From NCBI GenBank assembly GCA_964370865.1, contig CAYJKF010000003.1, forward strand, positions 86,359 to 150,358: a DNA stretch of 64,000 nt, in the 5' to 3' direction. The notes beneath the pieces are model-generated. The model saw only the letters and a program-made list of their open reading frames with translations, was not told the origin of the DNA and made no database searches. Numbering within the stretch: the first letter of the stretch is position 1; each line of letters starts with the position of its first letter. This DNA comes from an uncultured Candidatus Saccharibacteria bacterium. GTDB taxonomy: Bacteria; Patescibacteriota; WWE3; 2-01-FULL-39-13. Position numbers and translations under genes: made by a program. Below are positions 10,501 through 18,712 of the stretch, piece by piece.

Positions 10501-12030
10501 GCTAGTAAAAATGTTTATGTGTATATTACTCAAGACTTAAAAGTTCATGCAGTGAATGGTACAAACGGTAGTCTCAAGTGGATTCGTAAACCAACTGTTA
10601 GAAATTACGGAGATCCAAGTACTACTAATAAATCTTTAGCTCAAGCCGAAGAAGGATGGCCAGTTATTGCAGAAAATCATGGTATTGTTTTTGTACGATA
10701 TAGATTAGATTGGCAAACACTTTGGGATGGACCAGCCGATAAAGCGACCTTCCCAGCTGACAATGCAACAGCTCGCAAATTCTTAGCTGATAATCCTGCT
10801 CAACAAGCTCTATTTGCTTTAAAACTTGATGATGGTGCTGATGCTTTCACAACACCACCAAATGCAGGAAATGGTGGCGCGGGTGATGGTGGTTACTTGC
10901 CAATGGGTCCGCAACCAATTGTACGTGTCGTGGATGGAAAAGAAGTCGCGTATATGCTCTTTAGAAATATTCAAACCTGCTCTAGGGAAAGTTGGTGTGA
11001 TGGAAGGGAAGACACCACGATGGGTGAGATGGTACTCGACAATTCTACTGTAACGGGGCTATCTGGTGGTGATGTCAGGTTCGTACAATGGAGTGATTCA
11101 AAGAATTATAATACCCCTCCAGCCGATCCTTACTACCATGATATGCAAACTGATGAAATGATGTATATCACTGGTTCAGGGGATACATTATTCCATAATC
11201 ACTGGCTTGCATCAGAAGCTTATACAATTACTGACAGAAGTTCAGGACTTGGTTTGAGTTATATTCAACCGATAAAGACTACTCATGCTCCTAATGTAAT
11301 TTGGAGACAGGTTTACTGCCCAACAAGCAATACTCAGTGTAATCCAGCGATTTATCCTGGTGGTACTGGTACGAATTATGGTCCTGCAAATTGTCCATTT
11401 AATGCATCAAGTCGATATTGCGCCAGTGGATTATATGGATATGGTGATTCTAGAGCTTATGCACCTGGATTTTATGAATATCATAATTCATATAACTCAA
11501 ATGATAATTCGAAACCATTTGTCGTTGTATCTGACGGACTTGTCCTAATAAAAACAAATGATGGTGCAGTTATTGCATTAGAAAACGGAAGTCCAACTGC
11601 ATCGATTTTTGCAGATACTATTCCTGAAAATGTGTTGGGAGCACAGACTGTTAGTGGACTTCCAGAATTTTCATACAGTGATGCCAAAGATCATATTGGT
11701 GAAAACATAGTTATAAAAGCTACTGTAGTTAGTGTAGAAAACAATATGCCAAAAGCGTATTACATTGGGTTTTCTGACAATCCTCATGAAACTTTTTTGG
11801 TTAGGGTATTTGCGAAAGATGTTTCAAAATTCGGCTATGATTTAAGTACACTTAAAGGAAAAACAATTAGGATTTCTGGAACACCAAGTTTATATTGGCC
11901 AGAAGGGAAAATCGCAGAATTGGTTGTAGATAGCCCAGAACAAATTTCAATTGTTGATGACTCTGTTGAGAATGAAAGCGGAGTTAAGAAGTTTATAAAA
12001 AATATTTTTGGAAAAAATGGAAAAAACTAG
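7540..12030 (+). CDS. Giant secreted modular protein: DUF5060-like Ig, then GH5/GH140-like clan GH-A catalytic domain, beta-sandwich, PT linker, type-I dockerin-like duplicate, PT linker, PQQ-type beta-propeller, C-terminal OB-fold
   Basis: GTG start with signal peptide MKKNIVRLLSFVGFLFICANSAVAAS. GH-A acid/base VFGWEAWNEHG and nucleophile VWGEIDVG. Dockerin segments DVNGDSTVSTIDITTLLNNW and DQYRDGKVNGLDFAVVASAL (about 9691-9843). Repeated ...YALDKNS/LIAIDKNS/VHAVNGTNGS propeller blades. OB-like ...IVIKATVVSVENN...GKTIRISGTPSLYWPEGK. Confidence 0.7.
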   Translation: MKKNIVRLLSFVGFLFICANSAVAASTPTVTNFTPLSTSVGTFQKFEANFTISQTFPTDSLLPYYFYDPADNSATDPGRNSPYGIDGISVDVHFTAPSGKTLVVPAFYYQDYSRTGSYSSGITLTPTNNFNWKVRFAPSEVGFYDYYVTITDKNGTTRYPTANSMQLTATSSSSKGFIKVSAQDKRFLEFTNGDAFIPVSSGKQWWSCCGKRSFDFEKTFTDFGLNGVNFTRIWDQNDGYGLTVEGKYDGYKYPDDYPPIDTGVNIDAIQKGTQFNQRGNYEEDKIIESAEKNGVYIQLTSHGDPYWIWDGSTYDESWNKTPQIFGSQRHLSYWKRNFRYRVARWGYSTSVFGWEAWNEHGHITPGMDIYNFYSKYSSYQLQTDPYKHLRTTSQGSQAFSPAFWSSGFFDVANYHNYMMGWFSSDLKNDEANFVYRQAWCLRDITKLTSGSSYCNDLGLGDGTKWSTTFGNMPWVWGEIDVGTNTWNEPNPLTKTGEGRVRMLHNLAWSGLFSPLGTTPIDWYWEGEDVSTIANKLTQKKAVSSFFKDIKYDDNQMVYTMSTSDTPPGYIGETVDVTNSAIRVYAMKSANKQYVYGWIQNKNNTWANSASTTSPINGKATFKGLGTSSYKVEIWNTYTGQITSSTVMTPVNGLLDINVSNLTNDFAVKMISTNITPTPTPTPTPIPSPTPTPVTSPTPTPTPAITATPTPTVTPSAIGDGDVNGDSTVSTIDITTLLNNWNSTISSSTDQYRDGKVNGLDFAVVASALTAVTPTPSPTPTITPTPTPVVTPTPTPVPTPTPIPEATSGSWNQFGGNAQRTNFTSQTVQTPWRFKWQWNGSDANGQPQSNHLSVQDLVQPVSGGSRVYIVANNTVYALDKNSTNKVNGTVLWSKSGLGNLNSTVAYANEFVYVTSSNGLQKLDASNGSVAGTYNANSDLKFAPLINGNNVVVAADNGHLIAIDKNSLSKVWEYAPTSSSTSATTASYSASKNVYVYITQDLKVHAVNGTNGSLKWIRKPTVRNYGDPSTTNKSLAQAEEGWPVIAENHGIVFVRYRLDWQTLWDGPADKATFPADNATARKFLADNPAQQALFALKLDDGADAFTTPPNAGNGGAGDGGYLPMGPQPIVRVVDGKEVAYMLFRNIQTCSRESWCDGREDTTMGEMVLDNSTVTGLSGGDVRFVQWSDSKNYNTPPADPYYHDMQTDEMMYITGSGDTLFHNHWLASEAYTITDRSSGLGLSYIQPIKTTHAPNVIWRQVYCPTSNTQCNPAIYPGGTGTNYGPANCPFNASSRYCASGLYGYGDSRAYAPGFYEYHNSYNSNDNSKPFVVVSDGLVLIKTNDGAVIALENGSPTASIFADTIPENVLGAQTVSGLPEFSYSDAKDHIGENIVIKATVVSVENNMPKAYYIGFSDNPHETFLVRVFAKDVSKFGYDLSTLKGKTIRISGTPSLYWPEGKIAELVVDSPEQISIVDDSVENESGVKKFIKNIFGKNGKN
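9556..9700 (+). repeat. Pro-Thr linker-encoding simple repeat (ACNCCN)n; a second copy lies at about 9841-9952
   Basis: Translates to [16 protein letters not shown]... The antisense strand gives a spurious GVGV ORF. Confidence 0.8.
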
Positions 12031-13699
12031 AATTATACAAAAAGCAGATTTTTATCGAATAGTAAAATTTTCAATGTCTGGTTTACTATCAATTCTTGCT
12101 GGAATCGGTATTGCAAATAGTGCTTTACTTCCTGATGCACCTATTGGAAGTTCACTTAAATTACCTGAAATTTATAATGCGACAGTAAACACTGAGTTTA
12201 GTGTTCCAGTCACTGTAAATACAAATGGAACCCCTGTCGTTGCAATAGATTTTAATTTGAATTTTCCAAAAGAAAAACTTCAGCTTATGCGAATTTCTCC
12301 ATCAGCAACCTTACCAACAACTTTAACCTTTACGCCTTCTTGGTCTCAGATTGTAAATACTGCTAATCAAACTGGAAATCTTTCATTTACTGTTCTAACT
12401 TTTGATACAACAAAATCTACGGTTACAGAGCCAATTGATTCAACAAATGATTTGGTTATAGCGAACTTAATTTTTACACCTTTAGTAGTTAGCCAAGCTG
12501 AAGTAAGTTGGCTCTATTCATATGAATTAACTACTGATAGCAATGTAATAAGTGCAGGTGAGCCCAAAGATATATTAAATAGCGTAACAAGCATGCTAGT
12601 TGTTACAAGTGATCCAACTCCAGTACCAACACCAACACCAACACCAACTCCTGTCCCAACTATATTACCTGATGATACACAAGAAATAACAAATCCAGGG
12701 TTTGAAAATACTTTAACTGGATGGCAAGTATCTGGAACATCTGTAGTTCAGACAGCTCATTCAGGAACAAATGCTGCCAAATTGACTAATACATCAGCAT
12801 ATATTTCACAAAATATCGCTTCGAAATTAAAAGAAAATCAGGCATATGTCTTTTCAGCCTACGTTAAGGTCTCAAAAGCTGGTACAAGCTGGGGTGTTCC
12901 TACTCTACGTTTAAGTAAATATAAGGATTTGGGTAGTTCTGATTTTGGTCAGGCGTTATCTGTAAACAAGGTAGACAGCAATTGGCAACAAATTAAGGTA
13001 ACGAAGACTTTCACGTCATCTGAATTATCTTCAGGGGTCTATGTTGGTATACGTAATTTTGGATTTGATGGAGAATCAATTATAGATGATTTTTCAGTAA
13101 CACAATCAGTCACACCTAGCCCAACACCTACTCCAACAGCTACACCTACGCCAACGGCTACACCAACACCAACACCAACACCTACACCAACGGCAGTGCC
13201 AACTCCAGCTACCATAACTTTAACTGGAAGTATTGTTAATCAAGATGGAGATCAATATACTTCCACAAAGAGCTGGATAGGTACAGGGGCAAATGCATCT
13301 TCTAGCTACACAGGTATTAGATTTGCTGGTGTTAAACTCCCTGCAAATGCAAAGATTCAATCTGCTTTACTAGAAGTAAAAGCGTCTACTACGGAATGGA
13401 TTTTGGTTTCAGTTTCAATAAATGGTGAGAATAGTGGAGATTCTTCAAGATTCTCAAGTAAATCGTTACCAGCATCAAGAAGTCTTACACAGGCTAATGC
13501 TGCTTATTCAAGTGACAGTCAGTGGACTAGTGGGAGTTGGAATAAACTCGATGATATAAGTTCTATTGTGCAGTCAATTGTAAATCGTCAGGATTGGAAA
13601 TCAGGAAATGCACTTAGCATAATAACTAAGGGTACTGGTACAGCTTACGGGCGAAAATCTATAAATGGTGCAAGATTGATCATAACATATACGCAATAA
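12008..13699 (+). CDS. Membrane-anchored modular protein: cohesin-like domain, PT linker, CBM4/9-like carbohydrate-binding module, PT linker, C-terminal beta-rich domain X
   Basis: Overlaps the upstream gene by 23 nt. TM at aa about 20-40. Cohesin-like strands ...FSVPVTVNTNGTPVVAIDFNLNFPKEKLQLMRISPS... CBM signature QEITNPGFENTLTGWQVSG...NFGFDGESIIDDF. Confidence 0.55.
   Translation: MEKMEKTRIIQKADFYRIVKFSMSGLLSILAGIGIANSALLPDAPIGSSLKLPEIYNATVNTEFSVPVTVNTNGTPVVAIDFNLNFPKEKLQLMRISPSATLPTTLTFTPSWSQIVNTANQTGNLSFTVLTFDTTKSTVTEPIDSTNDLVIANLIFTPLVVSQAEVSWLYSYELTTDSNVISAGEPKDILNSVTSMLVVTSDPTPVPTPTPTPTPVPTILPDDTQEITNPGFENTLTGWQVSGTSVVQTAHSGTNAAKLTNTSAYISQNIASKLKENQAYVFSAYVKVSKAGTSWGVPTLRLSKYKDLGSSDFGQALSVNKVDSNWQQIKVTKTFTSSELSSGVYVGIRNFGFDGESIIDDFSVTQSVTPSPTPTPTATPTPTATPTPTPTPTPTAVPTPATITLTGSIVNQDGDQYTSTKSWIGTGANASSSYTGIRFAGVKLPANAKIQSALLEVKASTTEWILVSVSINGENSGDSSRFSSKSLPASRSLTQANAAYSSDSQWTSGSWNKLDDISSIVQSIVNRQDWKSGNALSIITKGTGTAYGRKSINGARLIITYTQ
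12678..13105 (+). repeat. Inverted-repeat copy A (CBM module cassette); partner at 20768-21200
   Basis: Central roughly 300 nt essentially identical to the reverse complement of 20880-21120 (1 mismatch seen in about 240 nt checked). Identity decays at both edges. Confidence 0.85.
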
Positions 13700-13724
13700 C
13701 TGAAAGTCTAACTTCAATCAGGTA

Positions 13725-14987
13725 ATGAATATCTTTAAGAAATACCTAAAAAAACTAGGACCTGGCTTTATTACCGGTGCCTCAGATGATGATCCATCTG
13801 GCATTGCAACATATTCACAAACTGGGGCGTTATTTGGTTATAATCAACTTTGGACAGCCCTTTTTTCCTTTCCTTTCATGACCGTCATCCAGGAAATGTG
13901 TGGGAGAATTGGAATAGTAACAGGCAAAGGTTTAGCTGGAGTTATTCGATTACATTACTCAAAGTCAGTTTTGTATTTTGCTGTTTTTATTCTTATTCTT
14001 GCCAATACGGTTAATATAGGCTCCGACCTTGGCGCAATGGCATCCTCCGCGCAGCTCATAATACCACTTCCTTTTCCAGTTTTACTTATCTTTATCACCA
14101 TAATCTGTTTACTCCTTCAAGTTTTTGTATCGTACCACGTCTATGCTAGTATATTAAAATATTTTACGTTTTCACTTCTTGCATATGTAATTACGGTCTT
14201 TGTTCTTAAACAAGATTGGTCGTTAGCTCTGATTTCAACCGTTTTTCCAACTTTCAGTATCACGAAGCAATATCTCCTAAACATCGTTGCAATACTTGGT
14301 ACTACAATCTCACCGTATCTATTTTTCTGGCAAGCCAGCGAAGAAGTGGAGGAGGAGGTTGAGAAAGGTAAGCTAAAAAGTATGGGAGCTGGTATACCAA
14401 AATTTACCAAAAGGGATATTAAAGATCTTAGATTTGACACGATCGTAGGAATGTTTTTTTCGAATATAGTGATGTACTTCATAATTCTTACGACGGCTTC
14501 CACACTGGGACAACATGGCATAACAGACATACAAACCGCCGATCAAGCTGCACAAGCACTGCAGCCGCTAGCTGGACCATTTGCCTCATTACTTTTTACC
14601 GTTGGTATTATTGGGACAGGACTTTTAGCTGTTCCTGTCCTTGCAGGCTCTGCTTCATACGCACTTTCTGAAACTTTTGGGTGGAAAGAAGGGTTATATC
14701 GAAAATTCAAACAAGCTCATGGGTTTTATGGGATCATCACAATTGCAACACTATTAGGCCTGCTCATTAACTTCACGTCTATTCCACCATTTAAAATGCT
14801 TTACTACACAGCAGTATTAAATGGAATTTGCGCACCACCACTAATGATACTAATTTTGCTAATCTCAAATAATGGAAAAATTATGAAAGGCTACACTAAT
14901 GGAAAGTTTTCTAATGTTATGGGGTGGATTATTACAATACTAATGTCTGTCTCTGCCACTGCTCTTATCGCAACCTTTCTTTTCTGA
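13725..14987 (+). CDS. NRAMP-family divalent metal cation transporter
   Basis: GPGFITGASDDDPSGIATYSQTGALFGY (Nramp DPGN-region variant). Multi-TM. Confidence 0.7.
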   Translation: MNIFKKYLKKLGPGFITGASDDDPSGIATYSQTGALFGYNQLWTALFSFPFMTVIQEMCGRIGIVTGKGLAGVIRLHYSKSVLYFAVFILILANTVNIGSDLGAMASSAQLIIPLPFPVLLIFITIICLLLQVFVSYHVYASILKYFTFSLLAYVITVFVLKQDWSLALISTVFPTFSITKQYLLNIVAILGTTISPYLFFWQASEEVEEEVEKGKLKSMGAGIPKFTKRDIKDLRFDTIVGMFFSNIVMYFIILTTASTLGQHGITDIQTADQAAQALQPLAGPFASLLFTVGIIGTGLLAVPVLAGSASYALSETFGWKEGLYRKFKQAHGFYGIITIATLLGLLINFTSIPPFKMLYYTAVLNGICAPPLMILILLISNNGKIMKGYTNGKFSNVMGWIITILMSVSATALIATFLF

Positions 14988-15043
14988 TGTTGGTTAGTAG
15001 TTATGTTGGGGTAAAGGATTATCTTAGGAATTTTTAAAACAAT

Positions 15044-15086
15044 GTGAGACCGTGTTATCGACTTTCGTCAAAAAACACGGTCTCAC
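15044..15086 (-). terminator. Stem-loop (13-bp perfect stem GTGAGACCGTGTT/AACACGGTCTCAC) followed on the minus strand by a T-run; terminator of the island gene at 15108-15614 and left border of GC-rich island 1
   Basis: Perfect inverted repeat read from the sequence. Lies between convergent genes. Confidence 0.5.
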
Positions 15087-15107
15087 TACCGCGAATCGTG
15101 GAAACTA

Positions 15108-15614
15108 CTAGCCCCACGGCAATACGGTAAAGTACTTCCAGTTACACTCCCAACGCCCCGCACCGGGAGGTAACAAATAGGGATACCACATGCACTCCTC
15201 GTAGACCAATGAGACCCTGATATGTTTTGGAATCTGGATGATATTTCCAACTTCAGGTTCCCCTGGAGGAGTGTCAACTGGTCGGTATGGGTATACTGTA
15301 ATCTCCCGTTCTAAGTCGCTGGCTATGACTCTATCAACACGAATCCTGTTTGGGTAGTATTCTCCCGTAATTGGATCCTGCCAAACCTCAGTTCCCGACT
15401 CGGAACCATCCCGAAGCCAAAATACAACATGCTTAGCTCGAATCTCGGTCCGTGTCCACCCCGCAACGATTGGTGCAAATATACGATACAACTGTCCTGG
15501 GGTCGGTTCCGGTGTTTGCAGAGGTTCCTGCGCCTGAGCTGTCATAGGAACAATCCCTATTACGACAACCGCCAAAATCTTTATTATAAGATACAGCAAC
15601 TTCGATCTCATCAT
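15108..15614 (-). CDS. Hypothetical secreted protein (GC-rich island 1)
   Basis: Signal peptide. Roughly 50% GC versus about 35% in flanks. Canonical SD AGGAGGG (15616-15622) immediately upstream. The true start is probably the second ATG (15611). Confidence 0.6.
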   Translation of the reverse strand: MMRSKLLYLIIKILAVVVIGIVPMTAQAQEPLQTPEPTPGQLYRIFAPIVAGWTRTEIRAKHVVFWLRDGSESGTEVWQDPITGEYYPNRIRVDRVIASDLEREITVYPYRPVDTPPGEPEVGNIIQIPKHIRVSLVYEECMWYPYLLPPGAGRWECNWKYFTVLPWG

Positions 15615-15823
15615 ACCCTCCTGTGTGAAAATAATGTGCTAAAGCCGCGTTGGCTTGAGTGAGATTATATCAATAACACCTAAATTGTCCTAATTGACGC
15701 TGACTTAAAATTTAAACATGATAGTGAAGAGGTATCAAAAGCCGTGGTGAGTCTCAGAGTTCAAATCTGGAACACCTAATTCAAAATTAATAACATAATC
15801 CGAAAAAATATATATTGATTGAT

Positions 15824-15875
15824 AAAAAAGATTGGGAACCGGTCGATTGCTTGTTAGCATATTCGACCGGTCCCC
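15824..15875 (-). terminator. Rho-independent terminator for the 15885-16232 gene
   Basis: Stem GGGAACCGGTCGA/TCGACCGGTCCCC (1 mismatch) followed on the minus strand by TCTTTTTTATC. Confidence 0.55.
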
Positions 15876-15884
15876 GGCTAGAGG

Positions 15885-16232
15885 TTAGTTCAGCCATCCA
15901 TGATTTGCTGAGCCAGCCTCAAGCGTCGCGGCCACCATCTGGCTTATTTCGTCCTTTATCAGGCCGATTTGCAATGCGTTAAGCACTGTGGAGGCGTTGA
16001 TTCGCCGATCCCCTTCGGGGAACACTACTGTTACAGCCGACATTATTCCATGCTCCTGACATGCAATAATGCCTGTAAAGGCAAATTCTGTTGCGCTTTG
16101 TGGTAACAGCCTTTGAACCAGCGATATACTCTCGTCGCAAATTACGCAATCCGCTAGGCGACATTCACCCGATGTAATCTCCTTTCCAATTACTACAACA
16201 ACCGCCATGAGCGACATTTTCCCTTTACACAT
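15885..16232 (-). CDS. Hypothetical protein (GC-rich island 1)
   Basis: About 48% GC. SD AAGGGAG 8 nt upstream of the ATG. TTGACA-N16-TATAAT promoter upstream. Confidence 0.55.
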   Translation of the reverse strand: MCKGKMSLMAVVVVIGKEITSGECRLADCVICDESISLVQRLLPQSATEFAFTGIIACQEHGIMSAVTVVFPEGDRRINASTVLNALQIGLIKDEISQMVAATLEAGSANHGWLN

Positions 16233-16291
16233 GTGAGAGTCTCCCTTGTGTGGGTTCGTGGCTAACCGCAGTTGGTTTGCTACGTTTTTTT

Positions 16292-16319
16292 ATTATATAT
16301 CCCATAGTTAGAGTGTCAA
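16292..16319 (-). promoter_or_regulatory. Putative promoter TTGACA (16319-16314) -N16- TATAAT (16297-16292) for the island gene at 15885-16232
   Basis: Consensus hexamers with 16-nt spacer read on the minus strand. Confidence 0.45.
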
Positions 16320-16479
16320 TACATCTGTATTTGGAGGACAATTCTAAAAATTAAAGCTATTGAACGAAAGTCTCATAATATTGAGACGATTGTGATTCAT
16401 GATGATATTTATTTTTCGGAACGCTCTATTAGCCTCATTTATCGCATAAAAAGATGATTTAAGATGTGTGAAAGACAAA

Positions 16480-16554
16480 TGGTGACCCTACGGGGAGTCG
16501 AACCCCGCTTTACAGGATGAAAACCTGCTGTCCTAACCGATAGACGATAGGGCC
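16480..16554 (-). tRNA. tRNA-Glu (anticodon TTC), CCA encoded
   Basis: Reverse complement GGCCCTA...GGACAGCAGG-TTTTCAT-CCTGT...CGGGG-TTCGACT-CCCCG-TAGGGTC-A-CCA folds as a cloverleaf. Confidence 0.85.
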
Positions 16555-16636
16555 ATTGTTTAAACGTAAACTTAGAAAGTATACCAAACAAAAAGCCCCT
16601 CATAAATGAGGGGCTTCGACGTTTTACTAAATATAA

Positions 16637-17323
16637 TTAGTTTCTTGTACCCATTACATCGAAATTTATTGCAACTTCATCCTCGACAGTATAAACATTA
16701 AGTAAATTTGGAGCTTTAATTCCAAAATCACTCATCTTAATTCTTGACTCACCACTAGCAATTAAAGCTTCAGGTGTAACGTTGTAGGTTACATTGAAAT
16801 CAACCTGTTTCGAAACTCCATTTATTGTAACGTTTAATGGTAAAACAGCTGTTTGATCTGTACCTTCTATCATCGTTAGATTAGTGAAATCTCCACTTAT
16901 AATAATATCCTTTTCACTAACATAATTTTGAAATAAATCAGAATCTCTTGTTGGGTTTCCAGTCGTAAAGTCTGAGAAACTAAAATTAGCTTCTACTCTC
17001 CCCATCATAGTTACTGGGTCGAAGTATCCATTACCTGCAATAGTAGTATTTACACCTTCAACATCAGAAGGACCAGTAGCAATAAATACTTTATTTGCAA
17101 TGTATTTGACAGTACCCTCCGTAATCGTGTATCGATAAGAGCCTTCAGGGGCATCAGATTGAGTTTCCTCAACCATCATTGTTTCTGTTTCAGTAACAAC
17201 CGAACTTTCATCCATCATGGTTGTTGCAGGAACTTCAGGGTTTTTATTAACCATATAAACTAATCCGCCGAATACGAGAACTCCCACGGCTGCAAGGAGG
17301 TAATACGTAGATTTTTGATCCAT
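16637..17323 (-). CDS. YceI-like (polyisoprenoid-binding) domain protein, membrane-anchored
   Basis: Start taken at internal ATG 17323 (MDQKSTYY...) to avoid overlap and fit the TM anchor. YceI motif FSFSDFTTGNPTRDSDLF. Confidence 0.6.
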   Translation of the reverse strand: MDQKSTYYLLAAVGVLVFGGLVYMVNKNPEVPATTMMDESSVVTETETMMVEETQSDAPEGSYRYTITEGTVKYIANKVFIATGPSDVEGVNTTIAGNGYFDPVTMMGRVEANFSFSDFTTGNPTRDSDLFQNYVSEKDIIISGDFTNLTMIEGTDQTAVLPLNVTINGVSKQVDFNVTYNVTPEALIASGESRIKMSDFGIKAPNLLNVYTVEDEVAINFDVMGTRN

Positions 17324-17341
17324 GAATGCTAATATAAACAA

Positions 17342-18541
17342 ATGGCTAACAAAACACAAATCATAATCGTGGGAGGAGGATTTGGGGGCGTAAGTACAGC
17401 ACAAACAATACTTAAGCAAAATTTAAATGTACAAATAACTTTAATAGATTTAAAAAACTACTTCTTATTCACACCACTTCTTCATGAAATCGCTACGGGA
17501 AGTCTCGACGAAAACCTTATCGTTACAGCTTATAAGCAAATCTTTAAAAAGAAACATGTAAATATATTAATTGGAGAAATTAAAGGGATAAACACTAGCA
17601 AGAAAACTATTTCCATTAATGACAATGATATTCCATATGACTTACTAATATTAGGTACAGGAGCTAAAGCAATCAAAGCTCCTTATAAAAGTAAAAATAT
17701 TATTGAATTAAAAACAATAGAAAACGGTATGCAAATTAAATCCATGATTCTGGACTTAATGGACTGTATTGATAGCGGTCAGCATAAAACCACCCAATTA
17801 CAATTCGCAGTTATAGGCGGGGGACCGACGGGAATTGAAATGGTTTTGGAACTAGCAGACTATATTAGAAATAGTTTGCTTACTATATATAGAAAATTGG
17901 ACCAAAACGACATACAAATTTACTTAATAACAAAAGAAGCGGACATTTTACTTAGGATGCACCCCAGTGTGCGAAAAATTGCACAAGATAGACTAAATGA
18001 ACTGGGAGTCGAACTAATTACTAATTGCGAAATTCACGATATACAGGACAACAAAATACATACAAATAATAAAATAATACAGTCGGATTTAATCGTATGG
18101 ACAGTTGGTGTTCAGGCACATTACCCATTACTTCCAGATAATATCGAACGAGATGAAAAAGGGAAGTTGATTGTGGATGATTTCTTAAAGTTAAATAATA
18201 GTAACTCAATTTATTGTGTAGGAGATCTAGTTTCTGGATACCCAATGGATGCTCAAGCTGCTACATGGCATGGAGAATATCTGGGCAACAATCTGGCACG
18301 GCTTCTAAAGAAAGAGAAAATGATATACAAGAAATATAAGCCACTAGGAGAGTTAATTTCTTTAGGAGGACAATATGCGGCAGGAAGGTCCTTTGGAATC
18401 ACAATGTCCGGCTGGATAGTCTGGTTTATATGGAGATCAACTTACTTCTTTAAAATCCCAACAATCAGAAAAAAGGTAGTCGTTGGGGTTAACTGGTTTC
18501 TTAACCTTTTCAGTACCAGGGATCTAACAAATCTTAAGTAA
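17342..18541 (+). CDS. ndh: Type II NADH dehydrogenase (NDH-2) / FAD-dependent pyridine nucleotide-disulfide oxidoreductase
   Basis: Two Rossmann motifs IIIVGGGFGGVSTAQ and FAVIGGGPTGIEMVLELA. C-terminal membrane-association segment. Confidence 0.8.
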   Translation: MANKTQIIIVGGGFGGVSTAQTILKQNLNVQITLIDLKNYFLFTPLLHEIATGSLDENLIVTAYKQIFKKKHVNILIGEIKGINTSKKTISINDNDIPYDLLILGTGAKAIKAPYKSKNIIELKTIENGMQIKSMILDLMDCIDSGQHKTTQLQFAVIGGGPTGIEMVLELADYIRNSLLTIYRKLDQNDIQIYLITKEADILLRMHPSVRKIAQDRLNELGVELITNCEIHDIQDNKIHTNNKIIQSDLIVWTVGVQAHYPLLPDNIERDEKGKLIVDDFLKLNNSNSIYCVGDLVSGYPMDAQAATWHGEYLGNNLARLLKKEKMIYKKYKPLGELISLGGQYAAGRSFGITMSGWIVWFIWRSTYFFKIPTIRKKVVVGVNWFLNLFSTRDLTNLK

Positions 18542-18559
18542 TTGAAGTTCAACAATCGC

Positions 18560-18591
18560 CCCTTATAGATATAGGTCTTTTCTGGTATAAT
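18560..18591 (+). promoter_or_regulatory. Possible extended -10 promoter (TGGTATAAT at 18583-18591) upstream of the RRM protein gene
   Basis: TGn-TATAAT element. -35 weak. Confidence 0.3.
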
Positions 18592-18712
18592 ATGGCTACT
18601 CTCTAAGCAGTAAGAAACCGTAAGTTACTCACCATGTTCCTTAACGTTTTCCCCTACTCTAGAAGTAAAAAAGTTAATTAAACATGAAGGCGGTGAATAA
18701 CAAAAAATAATA

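Noticed and set aside
15750-15795. tRNA-like T-arm fragment (CAGAGTTCAAATCTGG) inside GC island 1, possible integration-site duplication
   Set aside because: I could not fold a convincing acceptor or T-arm, and it shows no similarity to the 3' end of the adjacent tRNA-Glu. It is mentioned only as something to check.
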